This document shows, in pieces, positions 10,204-21,200 of a stretch of 64,000 nt of DNA (its first letter is position 1; each line of letters starts with the position of its first letter). Origin of the DNA: Bacteroidota bacterium (lineage in GTDB: Bacteria > Bacteroidota > Ignavibacteria > UBA10030 > BY39); contig JASEGV010000003.1 in the NCBI GenBank assembly GCA_030017895.1, forward strand, positions 15,200 to 79,199, in the 5' to 3' direction. The notes beneath the pieces are model-generated. The model saw only the letters and a list, made by a program, of their open reading frames with translations, did not search any database and had not been told where the DNA came from. A program made the translations under genes and the position numbers.

Positions 10204-11274
10204 ATGAAATTAACAAAATTATTTGTACTAATCAGCTTATCATTAATTCTAATTATCGGCTGTCAGGAAAAGTTTGATTCAGAAACTCTCCCAACAACTA
10301 CGATTATAAATTTAGGGGACACCTCGTATGTTGAAATATTCCCAGCATTAGAAGGATTCAACAATCCAACGGCGATTCTTGCGGGGCACGACCAGCTCCT
10401 TTATATCGCAGATACAGACAACAATCGGATAATTCAAATGAACGAAGCGGGGATAATATTGAGTACAATTAAGATGCTAAGACCTATTGCGATTGCTCAA
10501 GATCTTCGTTTGGATTTATTAGTATCAGGCGAAATTATCCGAGTAGCAACCGGCGACACTATCGGTGGTTTGTTCCGTATTCATCTGTATGAAGCGAAGC
10601 ATAATCTTGATACCGCTGTTGTCGATACTATCTTCAAAGAACCTGCAAAACCCAAAAGACGATATCGTGGAATTGGTATTTTGAGAGAAAACCAATATCT
10701 AATTGCACGTGACGGTCCCGATAATACAAGTTTTGTTGACCCTGATAGTCGTGTATTATGGTTTAATAAAAATGATAAGTTAATTACTCCCTTAGGTGAT
10801 TTAGCAACTCGTGAAGGATCCGGAATTGTGGATATTTTAAGACCGACAGGATTAGTAACATTCCCTAATAGTAACGATTTTATACTAATACAAAGTTCTG
10901 TTGATGGAAGAATGACATACGGAGCCTTGTGGATGGTTTATCAAAAAAGTTATGACTTCGAAGGTTGGTTGCCAAAATTTACAACACCATCGGAATTTAT
11001 GCGACCAAAAAGATTTATCGAACCTTCTGCAGTAACTATAGATCGTTCCAGACTTGATATTTTTATTATTGATCAGGCTACTGATACTGTAACTAAGTTC
11101 GACAGGCGAGGTCTTTACAAAGCCGAATCATTTGGTAACGGGAAAATAGCGGCGTCCGGACAAGGGAATCTCCTAAAAGCTCCAAAAGGTGCAGCGTTTA
11201 TGACCAAGACTCTTTACATTTCTGATAGTGGTAATAATATAATCAGAAGATTCCGATTGAGTACTGATAGATAA
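10204..11274 (+). CDS. NHL-repeat beta-propeller lipoprotein
   Basis: Lipobox (LILIIGC). Repeated NHL-like motifs (LYIADTDNNRIIQMNEAG; FIIDQATDTVTKFDRRG; LYISDSGNNIIRRF). Confidence 0.55.
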   Translation: MKLTKLFVLISLSLILIIGCQEKFDSETLPTTTIINLGDTSYVEIFPALEGFNNPTAILAGHDQLLYIADTDNNRIIQMNEAGIILSTIKMLRPIAIAQDLRLDLLVSGEIIRVATGDTIGGLFRIHLYEAKHNLDTAVVDTIFKEPAKPKRRYRGIGILRENQYLIARDGPDNTSFVDPDSRVLWFNKNDKLITPLGDLATREGSGIVDILRPTGLVTFPNSNDFILIQSSVDGRMTYGALWMVYQKSYDFEGWLPKFTTPSEFMRPKRFIEPSAVTIDRSRLDIFIIDQATDTVTKFDRRGLYKAESFGNGKIAASGQGNLLKAPKGAAFMTKTLYISDSGNNIIRRFRLSTDR

Positions 11275-11296
11275 TAAATAAATATATGTTATGAAA

Positions 11297-11329
11297 GACC
11301 TCTTCGATATAAAATTGGAGAGGTTTTTT
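11297..11329 (+). terminator. Putative intrinsic terminator downstream of the NHL lipoprotein gene
   Basis: gACCTCTtcgatataaaattggAGAGGTtttttta: a 6-7 bp stem, large loop and T-run. Confidence 0.3.
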
Positions 11330-11365
11330 ATTTACACGAATATCGTAAACAGTACAAGAGCGTGT

Positions 11366-11414
11366 TGTATTGAGTTCAGCACTGTTCCCATCCGGAGAGG
11401 TGACCGAGAGGTCC
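11366..11414 (+). repeat. Partial duplicate of the tRNA-Ser upstream region plus the first ~22 nt of the tRNA (copy 1)
   Basis: ttgtaTTGAGTTCAGCACTGTTCCCATCCGGAGAGGTGaCCGAGaGG is ~93% identical to 11526-11574, which forms the 5' leader and acceptor/D-arm of the intact tRNA-Ser. Copy 1 has no anticodon or T-arm and is followed by a perfect 10-bp hairpin (11415-11439). Confidence 0.7.
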
Positions 11415-11554
11415 GTTTCAATTATAAAGTAATTGAAACGAGAAATATGGTTTTAAAGTAAGACAGTATTACAAAACAGATTAAAATTTTGATATTAAAG
11501 ACACTTTTAATATATTAATAACGATTTGTACTGAGTTCAGCACTGTTCCCATCC

Positions 11555-11643
11555 GGAGAGGTGGCCGAGTGGCTGAAGGCAACGGTTTGCTAAACCGTCA
11601 TAGTGGGAAACTGCTATCGAGAGTTCGAATCTCTCCCTCTCCG
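11555..11643 (+). tRNA. tRNA-Ser (anticodon GCU), class II with long variable arm
   Basis: Acceptor stem GGAGAGG/CCTCTCC. D-arm GCCGAGTGGCTGAAGGC. Anticodon stem-loop ACGGT-TTGCTAA-ACCGT. Long variable arm, T-arm GAGAG-TTCGAAT-CTCTC, discriminator G. Confidence 0.85.
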
Positions 11644-11647
11644 CTGA

Positions 11648-11676
11648 GGGTGATTCAATTGAATCACCCTTTTTTG
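11648..11676 (+). terminator. Rho-independent terminator after tRNA-Ser
   Basis: GGGTGATTCAATTGAATCACCC perfect hairpin followed by TTTTTTG. Confidence 0.7.
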
Positions 11677-11747
11677 TTATCTTGATTTACTAATAACTTA
11701 TTTGTATTTTTAAATCGAAAATATTCAACGTAAAATAAAATCTTATA

Positions 11748-13205
11748 ATGATATCAGAAACAATCCGTGTCCGCTTTGCTCCAAGTCCTACCGGTTATCT
11801 TCACGTTGGTGGCTTGCGAACAGCGTTATACAACTATCTCTTTGCTCGTCAAAACAATGGCGTTTTTATTCTCCGCATTGAAGATACTGATAGAACTCGC
11901 TATGTTGAAGGGGCGGTCGAAAATCTGATCGACACTTTACGCTGGGCTGGTTTAGAATTCGACGAAGGTCCGAAGAAAGGTGGAAATTCTGGTCCTTACA
12001 TTCAATCCGAACGGCTTGATATTTATAGAAAATATGCAGAACAGCTTGTACAGGAATGTAAAGCTTATTATTGTTTCTGCACAAGCGAACGACTTGAAAA
12101 AATGAGAGATGACTTAGAAGGAACAGGCGCTTTTGCAAAGTATGATAAAACCTGTTCCAAACTTTCAGAATCAGATATCGAAAAGAATTTAGCAGATGGA
12201 ACTTCGTATGTCATTCGTATGAAAGTTCCCGAAAACCGCATCATCAAATTTCACGACTTAATACGCGAGGAAGTAGAAATCGCAAGCGACTTAACTGATG
12301 AACAGGTTTTGATAAAATCGGATGGTTATCCTACATATCATTTAGCAAATGTTGTTGACGATCATTTGATGAGGGTAACGCATGTTATTCGTGGTGAAGA
12401 GTGGCTGCCGAGTGTTCCCAAACATATTTTATTGTATGAATATTTCGGTTGGGAAATTCCAATACTGGCGCATCTCCCGCTTTTGTTGAATGCCGACCGT
12501 AGCAAATTAAGCAAACGGCAGGGGGATGTGGCTGTCGAAGATTATAAGACAAAAGGATATCTGAAAGAAGGTTTACTTAACTTTGTAGCTTTCCTCGGAT
12601 GGAATCCAGGCGATGAACGAGAAATTTTTTCACTTGATGAATTAGTGAAAGAGTTCTCTCTCGAACGCGTTGGTAAAGCCGGCGCTATATTCAATATAGA
12701 AAAACTCAACTGGATAAATCTCCAACACATTCATCAAAAATCGAATGAAGATTTAGTTCCGATATTGAAAGACATTTTAGTAAATTCTAAATACAAAGAT
12801 TTGAATTTATCGGATGAGTATTTAGCAAATGTAATCGGTGCAATGCGTGTTAGAATAAATTATGTCTCAGGTATTTTAGAAAAAAGCAGCTACTTCTTTG
12901 AACAACCGCAGTCGTATGATGATACTGTATTAAAAAAGCATTGGAAACAAGAAACCCCGAACCAATTGTCTAAATTAATAAAGGAATATTCACTTCTGCA
13001 AAATCCAACAAAAGAGGATTACGAATCAACCCTTAAAAAGACTGCAGAACAGTTGGGTATCGGAGCCGGCAAACTGATTCATCCGACACGATTATCTGTG
13101 TCGGGAGTGGGTGAAGGTCCTGGACTTTACGATATTCTTTTTATATTAGGCAAAGAAGAAGTTACTACGAGAATCGAAACAGCAATCAATAAAATAAAAA
13201 TTTGA
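11748..13205 (+). CDS. gltX: Glutamate--tRNA ligase
   Basis: Class I aaRS signatures: [14 protein letters not shown] (HIGH region) and KLSKR (KMSKS). Typical ~485-aa length and GluRS anticodon-binding C-terminus. Confidence 0.93.
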   Translation: MISETIRVRFAPSPTGYLHVGGLRTALYNYLFARQNNGVFILRIEDTDRTRYVEGAVENLIDTLRWAGLEFDEGPKKGGNSGPYIQSERLDIYRKYAEQLVQECKAYYCFCTSERLEKMRDDLEGTGAFAKYDKTCSKLSESDIEKNLADGTSYVIRMKVPENRIIKFHDLIREEVEIASDLTDEQVLIKSDGYPTYHLANVVDDHLMRVTHVIRGEEWLPSVPKHILLYEYFGWEIPILAHLPLLLNADRSKLSKRQGDVAVEDYKTKGYLKEGLLNFVAFLGWNPGDEREIFSLDELVKEFSLERVGKAGAIFNIEKLNWINLQHIHQKSNEDLVPILKDILVNSKYKDLNLSDEYLANVIGAMRVRINYVSGILEKSSYFFEQPQSYDDTVLKKHWKQETPNQLSKLIKEYSLLQNPTKEDYESTLKKTAEQLGIGAGKLIHPTRLSVSGVGEGPGLYDILFILGKEEVTTRIETAINKIKI

Positions 13206-14905
13206 AAATGAGTAACGAAAAAAATAAAATCGAGAACAACGGCGAAACTGCTGCTCGAACAAATTTTATACGCGAAATTATTAATGAAGATTTGCAGACT
13301 GACAAATATAACGGAAGAGTCCATACTCGTTTCCCTCCTGAACCTAACGGATATTTGCACATCGGTCATGCTAAATCGATTTGCTTAAACTTCGGAATAG
13401 CACGCGACTATAATGGACTGTGTAATTTGCGTTTCGATGATACAAATCCGAGCAAAGAAGATGTTGAATATGTGGATTCGATTAAAGAAGATGTTCATTG
13501 GTTAGGATTCAATTGGAAGGATAGAGAATATTATGCCTCTGATTATTTTGAACAGTTGTATGAGTACGCTGTTCAACTGATTAATAAAGGGAAAGCTTAC
13601 GTATGCGATTTAACTGCCGATGAAATACGCGATTATCGCGGAACTCTTACTGAACCCGGTAAAGATAGTCCGTTTAGAAATCGTCCTGTCGAGGAAAATA
13701 TGATTTTATTTACCCGTATGCGTCAAGGTGAGTTTGCCGACGGCTCAAAAACACTGCGTGCCAAAATAGATATGTCGGCTCCTAATATCAACTTGCGCGA
13801 CCCGATTATGTACAGGATATTAAGGTCAACGCATCATCGTACAGGTGATAAGTGGTGCATCTATCCAACATACGACTGGGCGCATGGTCAATCCGATTCA
13901 ATAGAAGGTATAACACATTCCATTTGCACATTAGAATTTGAAGACCATCGACCACTTTACGATTGGTACATAAATGAACTTGGTATTCATCACCCTCAAC
14001 AGATCGAATTTGCGCGACTCAATTTATCTTACACCGTTATGAGTAAAAGAAGATTACTCCAACTTGTTGAAGAAAGTTATGTTGAAGGTTGGGACGATCC
14101 TCGTATGCCGACAATATGCGGTTTGCGGCGCCGCGGATATACTCCTGAATCCTTGCATCATTTTGCCGACCGTATTGGTGTTGCAAAACGCGAAAATATG
14201 ATTGACGTAGCGCTGCTCGAAGATAGCTTGAGGCAGGATTTGAATAAACATGCTATGCGTGTTATGGCAGTCTTGCGTCCGCTGAAAGTTGTAATACTAA
14301 ATTACCCGGATGAACGGGTTGAGGAACTTGAAGCCGTAAACAATCCTGAAGACCCAGGTATGGGAACACGGAATATTCCTTTTTCGAAAGTAGTGTACAT
14401 CGAACAAGATGATTTCCGTGAAGACCCGCCAAAAAAATATTTCCGACTTTCACCCGGTAATGAAGTCCGTCTTCGTTATGCTTACATCATAAAATGTGTG
14501 GATGTAATTAAAAACGAAAATGGCGATATATCAGAAATTCATTGTACCTATGATCCGGAAACTAAGAGCGGTTCTCTCAATAGCCAACGTAAAGTAAAAG
14601 GAACAATTCACTGGGTATCGGCGAATTCTGCCGTTGATGCTGAGGTAAGACTGTACGACCGTTTGTTCAACGTCGCTAATCCCGGGGGTGATAATTGGAA
14701 AGATACACTCAATCCGAATTCTCTTGAAATATTATCAGATTGTAAATTAGAAAAAAGTCTGATCCTATCTAAGCCGAAAGATAAATACCAATTTGAACGA
14801 CTTGGTTATTTCTGTGCCGATTACGATTCAACAGATGGGAAGCTAATCTTTAATCGCACAGTAACCCTTAAAGATACATGGGCTAAAATCGAAAAAACAA
14901 TTTAA
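13202..14905 (+). CDS. glnS: Glutamine--tRNA ligase
   Basis: [17 protein letters not shown] (HIGH), VMSKR (KMSKS), C-terminal beta-barrel anticodon-binding region. 4-nt overlap with gltX. Confidence 0.9.
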   Translation: MKMSNEKNKIENNGETAARTNFIREIINEDLQTDKYNGRVHTRFPPEPNGYLHIGHAKSICLNFGIARDYNGLCNLRFDDTNPSKEDVEYVDSIKEDVHWLGFNWKDREYYASDYFEQLYEYAVQLINKGKAYVCDLTADEIRDYRGTLTEPGKDSPFRNRPVEENMILFTRMRQGEFADGSKTLRAKIDMSAPNINLRDPIMYRILRSTHHRTGDKWCIYPTYDWAHGQSDSIEGITHSICTLEFEDHRPLYDWYINELGIHHPQQIEFARLNLSYTVMSKRRLLQLVEESYVEGWDDPRMPTICGLRRRGYTPESLHHFADRIGVAKRENMIDVALLEDSLRQDLNKHAMRVMAVLRPLKVVILNYPDERVEELEAVNNPEDPGMGTRNIPFSKVVYIEQDDFREDPPKKYFRLSPGNEVRLRYAYIIKCVDVIKNENGDISEIHCTYDPETKSGSLNSQRKVKGTIHWVSANSAVDAEVRLYDRLFNVANPGGDNWKDTLNPNSLEILSDCKLEKSLILSKPKDKYQFERLGYFCADYDSTDGKLIFNRTVTLKDTWAKIEKTI

Positions 14906-14914
14906 TTACCTTGC

Positions 14915-14944
14915 ATATTACTTTTAAAAGTAATATATTTTTTC
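14915..14944 (+). terminator. AT-only hairpin plus T-run downstream of glnS (weak terminator candidate)
   Basis: ATATTACTTTT/AAAAGTAATAT perfect 11-bp inverted repeat followed by ATTTTTTC. Confidence 0.3.
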
Positions 14945-14960
14945 AAACTTTTAAGTAAGT

Positions 14961-15332
14961 ATGACATCTCAAAATATTATCCGAATCAAAAACGCAGTAT
15001 TTTATGCATACCACGGAGCCGATAAAGAGGAACAGCGGCTCGGCGGTAAATTTGAAGTTGATATTGAGATGCATACAAATTTTTCAAAAGCAATAGAAAC
15101 AGATAATTTAAAAGATACAATTGATTACGAAACTGTATATGCACAAATTAAAGATATTATAAACGGCAAAAAATATTTTCTTTTAGAAACATTAGCCAAT
15201 ACGATAGCCGATTTGATTTTACGAACACATCAGGGCATTAATTATGTAACTGTTTTCTTACGTAAACCGCATCCACCTGTAAAGGGTGTTGTAGATTATG
15301 TTGAAATAATAGTATCACGAGAACGAAGTTAA
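14961..15332 (+). CDS. folB: Dihydroneopterin aldolase
   Basis: IRIKNAVFYAYHGADKEEQRLGGKFEVDIEM matches the FolB fold signature. ~120 aa, immediately upstream of folK. Confidence 0.85.
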   Translation: MTSQNIIRIKNAVFYAYHGADKEEQRLGGKFEVDIEMHTNFSKAIETDNLKDTIDYETVYAQIKDIINGKKYFLLETLANTIADLILRTHQGINYVTVFLRKPHPPVKGVVDYVEIIVSRERS

Positions 15333-15334
15333 GT

Positions 15335-15850
15335 ATGTTTCGAGTTTATTTAGGTCTTGGTTCGAATATCGGGGATAGGCTGAATTTTCTTTCAAAAGCT
15401 CTGAAAGAATTAAATAAAATTTCGCTGATAAAATTAGTATCATCAATTTATGAAACAGAACCTTGGGGCGTTAGCAACCAGGAGAGATTTTATAACACTG
15501 TTATCGAAATCGAAACCGAATTTTATCCGCTTGACCTTTTGAATAAAATACAAAAAATAGAAACTAAATTAGGCAGAAAAAAACGTTCTCATATGGATCC
15601 AAGGACAATAGATATCGATATTTTATTTTATCACGGCTGGTCGTTCGAAAATAACATTTTGACGATTCCACATCCGGAATTAGAACGCAGAAGATTTGTA
15701 CTTGAACCAATCAGCGAAATTGCTCCTCTGGCGGTTCATCCTATCATCGGTAAAACGATGATTTCACTTTTGAGACACTGTCGCGACAAAAGTTTAGTTA
15801 TGCGGACAACTCATTCATTAACAATCAATCACACAAAACGAGAAGGATAG
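15335..15850 (+). CDS. folK: 2-amino-4-hydroxy-6-hydroxymethyldihydropteridine pyrophosphokinase
   Basis: VYLGLGSNIGDR ... ETEPWG ... DIDIL HPPK motifs. Confidence 0.88.
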   Translation: MFRVYLGLGSNIGDRLNFLSKALKELNKISLIKLVSSIYETEPWGVSNQERFYNTVIEIETEFYPLDLLNKIQKIETKLGRKKRSHMDPRTIDIDILFYHGWSFENNILTIPHPELERRRFVLEPISEIAPLAVHPIIGKTMISLLRHCRDKSLVMRTTHSLTINHTKREG

Positions 15851-15854
15851 AAAA

Positions 15855-16529
15855 TTGTTAGACATCAATTCACTTATCGAACAATCAAATATCAGGCACA
15901 TCGCAATCGAAGGGGTTATCGGAGCAGGAAAAACAAGTTTGTCTGTAAAGTTAGGCAATATTTTAAATGGTAAGGTGGTGTTGGAAAAGTTTGAAGAAAA
16001 TCCGTTTCTTTCAAAATTTTATGACGACCCGCTGCACTATGCTTTTCAAACTCAAATATTTTTCTTGCTGAGCAGATATAAGCAGCAGCAAGAATTGTTT
16101 CAAGCTGATTTGTTTCATAGGTTTCTTGTAACCGATTACATTTTTGAGAAAGATAAAATATTCGCTTATCTCAATCTTGTTGATGATGAATTAAAACTAT
16201 ACGAAACTTTAATCGGTAGTATGGAACACAATATCCCTACACCTGATTTGGTAGTCTATATTCAGTCGAGTGTCGAGAGATTGATGTCGAACATTAAAAA
16301 GCGGAACCGTGATATCGAAAAAAATATGGCGATCGATTATATACGCGACTTGAATGAAGCCTACAATTATTTCTTTTTCCGTTATAAAGCAGCACCTCTG
16401 TTGATCGTGAACGCAACAGGGATGGATTTTGTGAATAACGAACAGGATTTCGATGAACTTGTAGCTGAAATCCTCCGCCCCGATAAAGCCGCCGTTGAAT
16501 ATTATAACCCAATCCGAAAGAAGGGATAG
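15855..16529 (+). CDS. Deoxynucleoside kinase (dAK/dCK/dGK family)
   Basis: TTG start. P-loop IAIEGVIGAGKTSL, ERF/DRY-like motif region, ~220 aa. Confidence 0.72.
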   Translation: MLDINSLIEQSNIRHIAIEGVIGAGKTSLSVKLGNILNGKVVLEKFEENPFLSKFYDDPLHYAFQTQIFFLLSRYKQQQELFQADLFHRFLVTDYIFEKDKIFAYLNLVDDELKLYETLIGSMEHNIPTPDLVVYIQSSVERLMSNIKKRNRDIEKNMAIDYIRDLNEAYNYFFFRYKAAPLLIVNATGMDFVNNEQDFDELVAEILRPDKAAVEYYNPIRKKG

Positions 16530-16535
16530 ATTTGT

Positions 16536-16724
16536 TTGTTACGTTTTATTTTAATATTGCTCACCCTCTATTTTCTTTGGAGAGTGATAAAAATTATCAG
16601 TAGAATATTCGATAAAGGTCGTACTACTAATAAACAATCGCAGGTAAAACAATATCCATTCGAGAACGTCGAAGACGCGAAGTATGAAGACATCACCGAT
16701 AAAGATAAGAACAAAGAAACATGA
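16536..16724 (+). CDS. Small membrane protein (single TM helix, acidic tail), hypothetical
   Basis: TTG start. Hydrophobic N-terminus ([20 protein letters not shown]) and charged C-terminus. 4-nt overlap with nadA suggests translational coupling. Confidence 0.35.
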   Translation: MLRFILILLTLYFLWRVIKIISRIFDKGRTTNKQSQVKQYPFENVEDAKYEDITDKDKNKET

Positions 16725-17653
16725 GCTTAATAAATTTTGAAGATGAGGTTTTAAAACTTAAAAAAGAACTGAATGCAGTAATCCTAGCCCACTATTATCA
16801 ATTCTCTGAAATTCAGGATATAGCCGATTTCGTCGGCGACAGTCTTGAGCTTTCCAAAAAAGCTGCTGCAACCGATGCAGATGTTATTGTTTTTGCGGGT
16901 GTTCATTTTATGGCTGAGACTGCTAAGATATTAAGTCCAACCAAACAAGTTTTACTCCCCGATTTAGAAGCCGGCTGTTCGCTCGCCGAAGGATGCCCTG
17001 CTGATGCCTTTAAACTTTTCAAAGAACAACATCCCGGACATCTCGTAATCACGTACATCAACTCGACTGCTGAAGTTAAAGCATTAAGCGATATTATTTG
17101 CACATCGAGCAGCGCCGAGAAAATTATTGACAAACTTCCCCGAAGTCAAAAGATAATATTTGCACCCGACAGAAATTTAGGGAAGTATCTGATTAAAAAA
17201 ACCGGTAGAGATATGTTGCTTTGGCAGGGGAGCTGCATTGTTCACGAAACATTTAACGAACGGAAAATTATAGAGTTAAAAGCCCAGCATCCGAATGCAA
17301 AACTCATCGCCCATCCTGAATGTGAAGAATCGCTCTTAAGCGAAGCCGATTTCATCGGTTCAACAAGCGGTTTGCTTAAGTATGTTTGCCAAACTTCTGA
17401 TAAAGAATTCATTGTTGCAACTGAAGTTGGTATAATCCATCAGATGGAAAAATATTGTCCTGATAAATTATTCATCCCTGCCCCTCCTAACGATTCAAGT
17501 TGTTCGTGCAACGAGTGTCCGTATATGAAACTGAATACTATGGAAAAACTTTATCTATGCATGAAAAACCGTTCTCCCGAAATTATAATCAGTGAAGACC
17601 TCCGCCAACATGCCTTGATGCCAATTCAGAGGATGCTCGAGATGAGTCTGTGA
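16721..17653 (+). CDS. nadA: Quinolinate synthase
   Basis: HYYQ ... VGDSLELS ... [11 protein letters not shown] ... three-fold repeat architecture with conserved Cys residues. Confidence 0.9.
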   Translation: MSLINFEDEVLKLKKELNAVILAHYYQFSEIQDIADFVGDSLELSKKAAATDADVIVFAGVHFMAETAKILSPTKQVLLPDLEAGCSLAEGCPADAFKLFKEQHPGHLVITYINSTAEVKALSDIICTSSSAEKIIDKLPRSQKIIFAPDRNLGKYLIKKTGRDMLLWQGSCIVHETFNERKIIELKAQHPNAKLIAHPECEESLLSEADFIGSTSGLLKYVCQTSDKEFIVATEVGIIHQMEKYCPDKLFIPAPPNDSSCSCNECPYMKLNTMEKLYLCMKNRSPEIIISEDLRQHALMPIQRMLEMSL

Positions 17654-18069
17654 TGGTTACAAAATGGAAACGATATTTATTAGTAGTTTATTTTGGATAT
17701 ACTATTTTTCTTACCTCAATCATATTTTTCTCTTGCAAAGAGAAATCGACCGAGTACATCGATGACCAGTTTCCCCGACTCGTTCTTACAGCAGATAAAA
17801 CCACCGGCATAGATGCGTTGACTGTTAAATATACAGGTACTTTCTATGGAATGATAGACACTCTTCAAATGCTCGTCCCAGCAGACATTATGTTTCCAGG
17901 GGCAGGAAAAACCGTAATCATTTATGCGTTGCCGGATACACTTCAACAGGCTCGGCGGACATATTCAAGTTGGTTCACTTATTTCGCAGGTAATTATAAA
18001 ACAGTCATGTTGCTTCAAAGCAAATATAAGAGATTTGTTTCAGATACTCTAAATATTACCGTTTACTAA
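17650..18069 (+). CDS. Lipoprotein, hypothetical
   Basis: Signal peptide with lipobox (IIFFSC). Overlaps the nadA stop. Confidence 0.45.
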   Translation: MMVTKWKRYLLVVYFGYTIFLTSIIFFSCKEKSTEYIDDQFPRLVLTADKTTGIDALTVKYTGTFYGMIDTLQMLVPADIMFPGAGKTVIIYALPDTLQQARRTYSSWFTYFAGNYKTVMLLQSKYKRFVSDTLNITVY

Positions 18070-18242
18070 CAAAACTGATCAAAGATTCTATTTTCCCTCC
18101 CAAGCGATTTTTCTAAATATTTACTTGAAAAGATAATTGTATTGTATTATATTACTGTAAGTTACATTTAATGAAACAGAATAACGGGGCTAGGCGTATG
18201 AGCATCCGACCCTTTTATTTATAACAAAATTCGATAATTAAA

Positions 18243-21200
18243 ATGAAAATATTATCCTTATTAGTCATCATCGCAATATCTCTGGATTTTGCCTTCGCTC
18301 AGCATCCTCTGCTCGATCAAAAATCAACACAATTCAGTGTAATCGATGAAGCCCGACAGTTAAACGATGCAGGACTTTTTCAGAAAGCTCAGTGGCTTTT
18401 AGAAGACTACCTGCGAGCATTGCCACAATCAGAGAATCGGATTGAGGCACTCGGCTTACTCGTTCAATCGTTTATCGAACAAGAAAAGTTCGAAGACGCT
18501 TATCAGACTAGCGAAGAGTTGTTTCACCAAAAAGTATCAGGCAACCAATATCTCACAACACTTTTTTATTACGGTTTAGCAGCATATAACTCTGCCCGTT
18601 TTAAACCTGCAGTGAAATCTTTCAAAGAACTAATCAAATCCGATTCAAAAAATATTTTTACAGGCGCAGCATATTATTGGAAAGCAGCTTCTGAATACGA
18701 ATTGGATAATCTTATAGATGCTGAATCGGATGTCCAAAATGCTTTTGAATTTTATAATGCTAATTTTCTCACGCGCAAAAGTATCGGGAAAGATGATGTT
18801 CTTTTCTTGTGGGCACGGGTTTATGAAAAACAGAACGCAATAAATCCTGCTATTGAACAGTTATTAAAATTAACAACAGACTATCCTTCAAGCGAGTTAA
18901 TGACAGATACAAGAATTCGTTTAGCCGCACTTTATATCCGCACACAAAGATACGGAAGTGCAATTGAACAATTGAATACTGTTACAACACTAACAACCAA
19001 GCAAAAAAACGCATGGCTTTTTTTCTTTGCAGAAGCTGAGTATTACATCGGTTCTTACAGGAATGCTCAAAAGTATTACACTGAATTACTACGATATTTT
19101 CCGTTCGGAGTTTATGCCCGACAAGCAAGATACGGATTAGCATGGAGTTACCTAAAAGCAAACGATTACGCAAATGCTTTAAAAGAATTTCGTACTATTA
19201 GTCTGGGTGCCGATTCACTTGCTCAAAATGCCTTATATCAAATCGGAACTATTTCGGTACTAACCGACAGCACAGCCGCAGCAGTTGAAGCGTTTGAAAA
19301 ATTAATTGAAAAATTTCCATACGATGATTATGCCGACAATGCCTATTATCTAATTGGAATGATTCGATATCGTGCTACACAATTTCATGAAGCGAGGCGG
19401 CAATTTCAAATTGCGTCACGGCTATTTCCCAAAAGCGAAATCCGTGCTGAAGCGTATCGTATGTTAGGCGAGGCAAGCTTGAGAGTAGGCGATTTATCAA
19501 ATGCACAATTTGCATTTGCACAAGTTCAAAAATATTCGGCTTCCGATACATTAACTGCGGCAGCACTTTTACAGGAAGGTATCGCATTATATCATCTTGG
19601 AAGGTTCAGCAGCAGTGTTGAAAATTTTTCTGAGTTCATTAGAAAATTTACCCGACATCAACTCATCGCTGAGGCGTATCTCTGGAGAGGTGAAGCTTTA
19701 TATCAAGCTGCCAAATTTGAGGATGCTGAAAATGCTTTTTCAACAGCAATAAATATTTTATCATCTAAACATCCTAAACAGACTGATGCACTGTATGGTT
19801 TTAGCTGGTCGTTGTTCGAACAAAAGAAATTCAGGCAGGCAATTTCAGCGTTCGATCGGTTTATTAAAGATAACCCTAATAGTAATTTGGTCATCGAAGC
19901 ATCGCTCCGTAAAGCCGATTGTTATTTCTTTCTGCGTGAATACGACAAAGCAAGCCAAATCTACAGTTCGTTGGTTGACGACCATAAATACCCACGGTTG
20001 GCTGAATATGCAGCGTTTCAGTTGGGCTTATCATTTATACAGCGAGGCGATATCAAGCGCGGGATCGAACATCTGCGGCGTTTTCTCCTCCGCTTCCCTA
20101 ATTCGTTATTTGTTGAAGTGGCTCAATTCAACATCGGTTGGGCGTTCTTTTCGAACGAACAATTCACTTTGGCGAACGACGAATTCAGTATCTTTGAAAC
20201 GAATTATCCCGAGAGCCAGCTTATGCCGCGTGTTTTGTTGAACAAAGGAGATGCTTTCTATAATTTAGCAACATACGACAGTGCAAGAATTTATTATGAG
20301 CGGGTTATCAAGGATTATCCAAAAAGTCTTTTACGTCCTGATGCTATAAACGGATTGCAATTCACTTATCAAGCTCAGGGAAAATCGGCTGAAGCATTAG
20401 CCGCAATAGATGCAATCATTTCAGACCAATCTGAAGCTGGCGGTACGGATGAGTTGCTTTTAAGAAAAGGAGATATTTTATTCAGTCAAGGTAGTTTTGG
20501 ACAAGCCGCCATCGAATATTTGAAGATTCTAAATTTACAAACAAATCAAACCGTGAGAGCCAAAGCATTATTTCAATTAGGCAGGTCGTTTGAATTCGAA
20601 AACAATCATAAAAAAGCGATTGAATATTTCGAGAGGGTTTATACTGAAAATCCCGAAAGTGAACACGCCCCATCTTCGATACTTGCAATCGGTTATCTTC
20701 AGCAAAAAATGAAGCAGTGGCGGGAGTCGCTTACTCAATTCAAAAATTTAGCTGAACGTTATACTAACTCAAACTTGATTTGGGAAGCACAATATAATGT
20801 CGGTATCTCGCTATTGAATTTGAAGGAAACGGCAAACGCACGTAAAGAATTTGATAAAATTATAGCACAAGCACCCGTTAACGATTTTTTCGCACATCGA
20901 AGTCGTTTGCAGATTGCACGTATGTTGCAAATCCAAAAACAATACAACGCATCGAACGATACATTAACAATAATTATTACACGATTGAGTGATGACATTG
21001 CTGTGGAAGCTTTATTGTTGATGGGCGAAAATTATCTGTTACTTAAACGACCGAAAGATGCTCTCGAAGCTTTCAACCAAGTGGTCGAAGGATTTGCACA
21101 ATATCCGGCACTATTAGAACGGGCATTGCTTGGTACCGGTGAATGTTACGAACGATTAAACGACCGCACAAAAGCACGTGAAGCCTATCAGCAAATTATT

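Noticed and set aside
11392-11450. Possible second tRNA at the upstream repeat copy
   Set aside because: The acceptor-like GGAGAGG is present, but the D-loop is too short. The only anticodon-like loop (ATAAAGT) sits on a 10-bp stem, and there is no T-arm (GTTCGAATC-like) or matching 3' acceptor strand.
18160-18215. Possible structured RNA upstream of the TPR gene (ggggctaggcgtatgagcatccgaccc)
   Set aside because: The arms are not convincingly complementary (GGG/CCC only). No T-run or conserved riboswitch-like core was recognised.
19786-20241. 151-aa plus-strand ORF inside the TPR gene in another frame
   Set aside because: Alternative frame of a strongly supported 1007-aa TPR protein. No independent signals.
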